Origin: the human T2T-CHM13v2.0 reference genome, Homo sapiens | DNA length: 64,000 bases | Assembly: GCF_009914755.1 (NCBI RefSeq) | Contig: NC_060930.1 | Direction: 5' to 3' (one strand) | Shown here: positions 57,983-64,000 of the stretch, piece after piece | Position numbering within the stretch: the stretch's first letter is position 1 | How the letters are laid out: each line of letters begins with the position of its first letter | The notes under the pieces: model-generated | What the model was told of the DNA's origin: nothing | Database searches by the model: none | What the model saw: the letters and a program-made list of their open reading frames with translations, nothing else | Made by a program: the position numbers and the translations under genes

Positions 57983-60804
57983 CTTACATATAAATAGATA
58001 TAGCACCTTAGTCTACATAGTCATTTATTATTAACAATAATAACCACTTACCTTATTTTTCAACTAACATATAACAAGTATGGATATGTATTAATGATTG
58101 TAAGTCTATGAAGAATAATTAACCCCGAGGAAATAAATGAAACAAGAGACAGATGGAAATCAATGGATGAGATACAGAGTTGCTTGCCTTGTATTTGAAA
58201 ATTTAATTTGGCAATGATACTTTTATTGTTGATGCCTAAATATATTTTTCTTTCTAGGGATTTGAATGTTCAATGAATAGTCAAGCAATAAATAATAAAA
58301 ATAAAATATTACTGTTTCTCAAGCAAATGGACTATTTTCTTTAAAATTCCTTCATTTTAACAAGGTAACTATAGGCATTCATATCTATTAGGCTCAGGAG
58401 GATTCTGGTCCACTTTTAATACACTCTTTGGTTAGAATTTTTTCCTCTCTGTAAATAATGACTTGAGAAAATTAGATAAAGTTCACTATGTTTCTTATCA
58501 CCAGAAAAGGACATTTAAGGTAATTTCAGTTGATAGTTAAGAAGTTTTTCTTACTAAATATAAAATGTGAATAAACTCACATTATTCATTTTGTTCATGG
58601 GCCTCAGTAATTAAGGCAATTACCCAATTAACTATGTCAAAGTATTAATTCTCCACCCCTTGAGTCAGGGTTTAGATTTCTTTATGAGCTCCATTCAATG
58701 AAGACTAATGTCTCATATACTTCTTCCATTTGAGGTAATATAGTGAGCACACAGTAATTGTCATCAGGGAGTTTATCATCTAAGAAAAATGATGAGCTAA
58801 AATCAGCAACATAAAATAATTTAATGCAAGCCAAATGCAATAGTTACCCTTGCGAATTAAATGCAGTTCATTGACAGCAGTGACTCTGATTGAACGAAAA
58901 AGTGATTTGCTGTGAGCAATATTGATATTGGAAAAGTGTAATCTTCCTATTTATTCATTATCCCCCACATGGGAAGGGCATATGCTAACATAAGAAGGTA
59001 CTTAAATTTAAAATATCTAATAGTTTACATAGAAAGTGTTAGATATTTTCTAATTGCTTTATATAGTTACACTAATTGTGTGGCATTCAACAATTTAGTT
59101 CAGCAATACATGATTATTACCATTTGGGGGCACTTATTTCATGGTGACATTTTATATTTATTTGATAGAAAAAATCAAGAAACACATCCAAAGAAGTTGA
59201 GATATTTATTGATATTTATAAAAATATATAATTATAGAAATTATTCCTTAGGTGTTTTAGTAAAGTCTCATCATTGATACTGTCTAAATAATAAAAGGGT
59301 AACTAATATTAGAAAAAAATTATGTAATATATGTTATATTTATGATTGTCCCTTTTGCAGTCCAAAGTCATAAATAATTGAAGTATGTTTACAGCTGAGG
59401 AAGTATGCATATGCTAGTATATGCACATATTATACTAATAGTTTATAATAACTTTTGAAAAGAGAAGATTATGGGATTTTTATCTCAGTGAGAGTTTTAC
59501 ATTGCATTTATAGAACACAGAAGAAACACATGGAACCAACACATTTCAAAAATAATTATGTGTAATCATTACTAATAAATAACTTGAAGTATGATTTTAA
59601 GAGTAATTGCCATATGTTTTATATATATATATATGTGTGTGTGTATATATAGTGTACACCCTTATTATTTCTAGTGCTGGAATATTGTCTTCACTCGACA
59701 GGAAAGAGAGGAAAATTAGCCTTATTGCTTTAATATTGTTCTAAATTGTTTTAATGTTTAATATTTAACTGTCTGCATTTAATAAATGTAAGTCAGCTAA
59801 GATATATTGCAATTAAACAATGAATAGAGAAATTTTCATAAAGTATATTTTTATTTGTGATGTAATCCAAAAATATAATATGCAATCAAGCTCTTACTTC
59901 CATTTAAATTTTTGCTGTTGAATTAAAAATAATTTAAAAGAATTCATTTTGGAAGGTAGGTAATGCTATTTTTAATGAGTAATTTGATATATAATTACAT
60001 AGTAATTTAAAGTATAGTGTGCTTTTGAGACATATGATTTTGACATTAACTAGATATGTTGCTCAATTTGTATTATGTTATGTATTTCAAAATTAAATGA
60101 CAATAGGAATAATTTTATGATGTTTATATTGCTTTATCAAATTATCTATAATTCTATGGGAATCCCCTCAAGACCATTCTGGTTATAAAAACACTCAAAA
60201 ATTTATTGAAATCTGTAGAAGAATGTTGCAGATGTAAATAAGTAAACGATTTAAAACTGTAGTTAAAAAATGAGTTAATTAATGAAACTCATTTGCATAG
60301 CCTTTTTATTGTGAAATAGCAATGAGAAAAACTAGTAATCAGAACTCTAACACAATTGATTCAGATGAGCTCAAAACAAAAATGTAACTATATTTTATCT
60401 AAAATGTTTATTAGCAGAATTTGCTAGTAGTTTTTGGCTTGAATTTTTTTTCATCAGAATGCAGCATTTTATAACCTATTGTCTATTAGAATTCATTTTA
60501 GTATTGCCACCATCTTGATTTAATAAAAGGCAAAAATTAAGTATATTAACAGTTCGTACCTCTAATAAATGTGAAAGGCTGATTTCTTTAAAGGTGCAAA
60601 TTCAGAGCCTTAGCAAAGGACTTTGCAATCCATTGATATTTATTCTGAATTAACTGTGGATAACTCAAGGTTTCCTTGAGGATAGTCCTGCCTTTATAAC
60701 AAGCACAATTTCTTGTGCAGAATGTGGTAGTATATATGTATGCAAAATGTCCATAGGTGCTAATTTGTTACCAATGAAGGGAGCTCTCGGCTTTTGGAAC
60801 TTAC

Positions 60805-60933
60805 CTAACTTTATTTTTGCTGCATCTGAAAGTGAACATATTGATAGTACACATATCATGGCAGGTAGTCCACAGAAAGTCTGTATTTCAGATATTGTAG
60901 ATGTGGGAGTAGAGTTAGAAGGGATCTTTATTA
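60805..60933 (-). pseudogene. Pseudo-exon 1 in window (open frame)
   Basis: Acceptor ttttgttcttctttag, consensus donor TAG|gtaagt; 129 nt, phase 1 to 1, no stop: IKIPSNSTPTSTISEIQTFCGLPAMICVLSICSLSDAAKIKL. Confidence 0.72.
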
Positions 60934-61541
60934 CTAAAGAAGAACAAAATTGAAATAATGCCATAGTTTTTCTTCCCAACCATTTTTATTTAAATGACTA
61001 GGCTATTGTAGAAGCAACACGTTCTAACTCCAGATATACTAACAGTAAAAAGAACTGAGAGAGACACACCTAAAACAAGGGCAATTAACAGTAATAATGA
61101 GATAAAAACAGATATTACTAAGTGTTTCAATATGTCATCTCATTTGTCTCTCAGAAAGACTCAGCTCTTCTACTCTCATTGGTGGACCAAGGGATTTTGA
61201 CCCTGCAGTTTTCCTTGCAGTGATGTTGGCCATGTGACTAGGTTTGGCTAATGGACCGTGAGTGAAAGTAATATTTGTCACTTTCAGTTAAAACAATTAA
61301 ATCTGATGTGTCTGATCCATCTTGCTCTTTTGCTGGCCATCATAAAGTTTACATAAGCTAAAGCAGCAATATATATGCAAAAATTTCTATATTAAATTTT
61401 ATTAACCTGACTGATTTTCTGTTCTATGTCTAATGCATAAAATTTTAGATTGGTATAAACTAAAATTTTTAAAATATTAACAACTATATCTTTTAATAAA
61501 GATGTTTGCAGCATAAGATTTGTTTTCTATTATTTCTCAAC

Positions 61542-61905
61542 TTTTTAATTTATTTCATTAATATATAGTAATAGATGTACATATTTTGAGAGTATATGTG
61601 ATAATTTAATACAATGATATAATTTGTAAAGATGAAATCAGTATAATTGGGGTAGCCAATCATCTCAAATAAATTTCTTTGCCTTATGGTAGACACAAAC
61701 TATAGCTATATTTTCTAGCTATTTTGAAACATACAACAGATTAGTGTAAACTATAGTCACCCTACTAATTTATGAAACACTGAGTCTTATTTCTTACATC
61801 AACTGTATATTTGTACCCATTAATCAACTTTTTTTAAAATCCTTTCATCTCCTCATCTTTTCTGACCTCTGGTAACCACCCATCTACTCTCTATCTTTAT
61901 GAATT
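61542..61905 (-). mobile_element. L1MA-type 3' end
   Basis: tagatgtacatattttgag..tctagctattttgaaacatacaac..aactatagtcaccctact. Confidence 0.8.
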
Positions 61906-62056
61906 CCTCAACTTCAAAATCTGTGAATGCTTTTCCGTGTAGCATCTCTCCCAAATCATTTTATCCTTCTGATGATGGCATATTTTTATTGCTGAATAAT
62001 AGTTTCCTGGCAAACAGAGAAATCTCTTTTTAGTTAAATAAAGCTTGGGTATAGAA

Positions 62057-62690
62057 TTTTTTTTGTAATAGACTTTATTTTTGAAGAAGTTTTATGTTCA
62101 CAGAAAAATTGAGTGGAAAGTGCAGATTTCTCACGTACCATCTATTCCCACCAATAGCTTCTTCCATTGTCAACATATTCTGCACATTGATACTTAATAA
62201 TGATCTGAAGTCAATTGTTTATATTATAGTTCACTCTTGCTATTGCACATCATATGGGGCTTGGACAACTGTCTGATTACATGTATCCAGCATTATAACA
62301 TCATACAGGGTAGTTTTACTATCCTAAAGATTCCCTGTATTCCACCTGTTCATCCCTCCCACGCTCTAGTCTCTGGCAACTCCTGATTTTTTTACTGTCT
62401 TCGGAATTTTTCCTTTTTTGGAATGTCATATAGTAGGAATTCTATAGCATGTGGCCTTTTCAGACTGGCTTCTTTCACTTAGTAATATGCATTTAAGAGT
62501 TCTCCATCTCTTTTCATGGCTTGAGAACCTTTTTTTTTTTTAAGTTGCTGAATAATATTGTACAAATGGCTGAATCGCAGTTTATTTAGCCAGTTACTTA
62601 TTGAAAGACATAATGGTTTACTTTTAACTGTGGGAAATTATTAATAAAGTTTCTACACACATCTGCATGCAGCTTTTGTGTGGACTTTTG
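62057..62690 (-). mobile_element. L1MC/MD-type 3' fragment
   Basis: gactttatttttg..ttcacagaaaaattgagtggaaag..ggccttttcagactggcttctttcacttagtaatatgc. Confidence 0.8.
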
Positions 62691-62850
62691 AAAGATGGGG
62701 AATTCTCATATTTTATTAAAAAGGCTCATAAAGCACATGATGATGAAATCTGTGAGCCTGATTTTTTCCATAAAATATTAAAATGCATACAATTAATTCT
62801 GGAAAAAAAATAAGTGAATGCCCCATAGATTCAATTATTCATGGATTTTA

Positions 62851-63220
62851 TTTTATTTTTTTATTTATTTTATATTTTATTTTATTTTATTTATTATTTT
62901 ATTTTATTTTATTTTAATTATTGTAGTTCATTTTATTGAGAAGGAGTCTCACTTTGTGGCCCAGGCTGCAGTTCTGTTGCATGATCTTGGCTTGCTGCAA
63001 CCTCTGCCTCCAGGGTTCAAGTGATTCTCTTGCCTCAGACTCCCAAGTAGCTGAGATTACAGGTGCCCACCACCAAGCCCAGCTAATTTTTTGTATTTTT
63101 AGTAGAGATGGGGTTTCACCATGTTGGTCAGGCTGGTCTCAAACTTCTGACCTCAAGTGATCCACCTGCCTCGACCTCCACAAGTGCAGGGACTACAGGC
63201 ATGAGCCACTCCACCTGGCC
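62851..63220 (-). mobile_element. AluS with long (TTTTA)n tail
   Basis: Reverse Alu; perfect TSD catggatttta (62840-62850 / 63221-63231). Confidence 0.93.
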
Positions 63221-63319
63221 CATGGATTTTAATACACAAACTCATAGACATGAGGATCCACTGCTGATTAGTGAATATTCACACTTCAAAATTAATCCAA
63301 CAGTCTATTCCAATATTTT

Positions 63320-64000
63320 TTAAATATTAGATTCATAAAGATACAATTCATATATCACAAGATAAAACATTTTAAAGTGTATAACTCTGCGGTTTTGAGT
63401 ATATGCACAGAATTGTACAAACATTAAGAGTATCTAATTTTAGAAAATTTTCATCAACACAAAAAGTAACCAACACTCCTTCTTCATTCCCCCGGCCCCT
63501 AGTTTGTGGGAACCGCTAATATACTTTTTGTCTCTATGGATTTGCTTATTCTGGATCTTTTACATAAACAGAATAATACAATATGTGGTCTATTGCATCT
63601 TGTTTCTTTCACTTAGCATAATGTTTTCAAGGCTCATTCATGTTGTGGTATGCATCAGTATTTCATTCATTTTATTGCTCAATATTTCATTATATGATTA
63701 TTGCAGTTTCAATGTTCAGTCTCATACATTGGACATATGCACACACCTGATAAACTCTCACCATAATTGAGAAGCCAAACGTATCCAGCATAGAACCAAA
63801 AATTTTCTGTGTATCTCTATAATCCTACCATTCTATTCCTTCCTCAAACTCCCTCCTGCACCAGCCTCAAACCATCACAGATTCACTCTTTATTATTTAG
63901 AGTTCTTTCTTTTTCTAGATTTTTATATAAATGGAATAATAAAGTGTGTACTTTTTGTCTACTGTTTTTCAGTAAGCATAATTAACATTTATACATGTTA
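63320..64000 (-). mobile_element. Old L1MB/ME 3' fragments
   Basis: ttttaaagtgtataact, ctctatggatttgcttattctgga, tcacttagcataatgttttcaaggctcattcatgttg. Confidence 0.7.

Noticed and set aside
58740-58970. Repeat-free stretch resembling a conserved non-coding element (also 10560-10860)
   Set aside because: Conservation cannot be assessed from a single sequence

Overview
AT-rich primate (probably hominoid/human) genomic DNA dominated by transposable elements. These include a full-length L1PA4/5-type LINE-1 nested in an L2, a full-length Tigger1, old L1M/L1MA/L1MB copies, eight Alus, several solo LTRs (MER50, an ERV1 LTR, MLT1/MLT2/MST) and a very old ERV-L pol fossil. No intact host gene is visible. 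The main result is a decayed multi-exon gene on the minus strand, found between the repeats. It has 10 GT-AG-flanked exon remnants from 60933 down to about 14545, and their splice phases mostly chain together, but they carry many stops and frameshifts. The reconstructed product looks like a possible kinase-like N-terminal region followed by tandem ricin-B (QxW beta-trefoil) lectin repeats. I do not recognise this gene, so it is a candidate unitary pseudogene whose 5' end lies beyond the window. All repeat subfamily names come from recalled consensus sequences, and all domain calls come from motif reading by eye, not from database searches.
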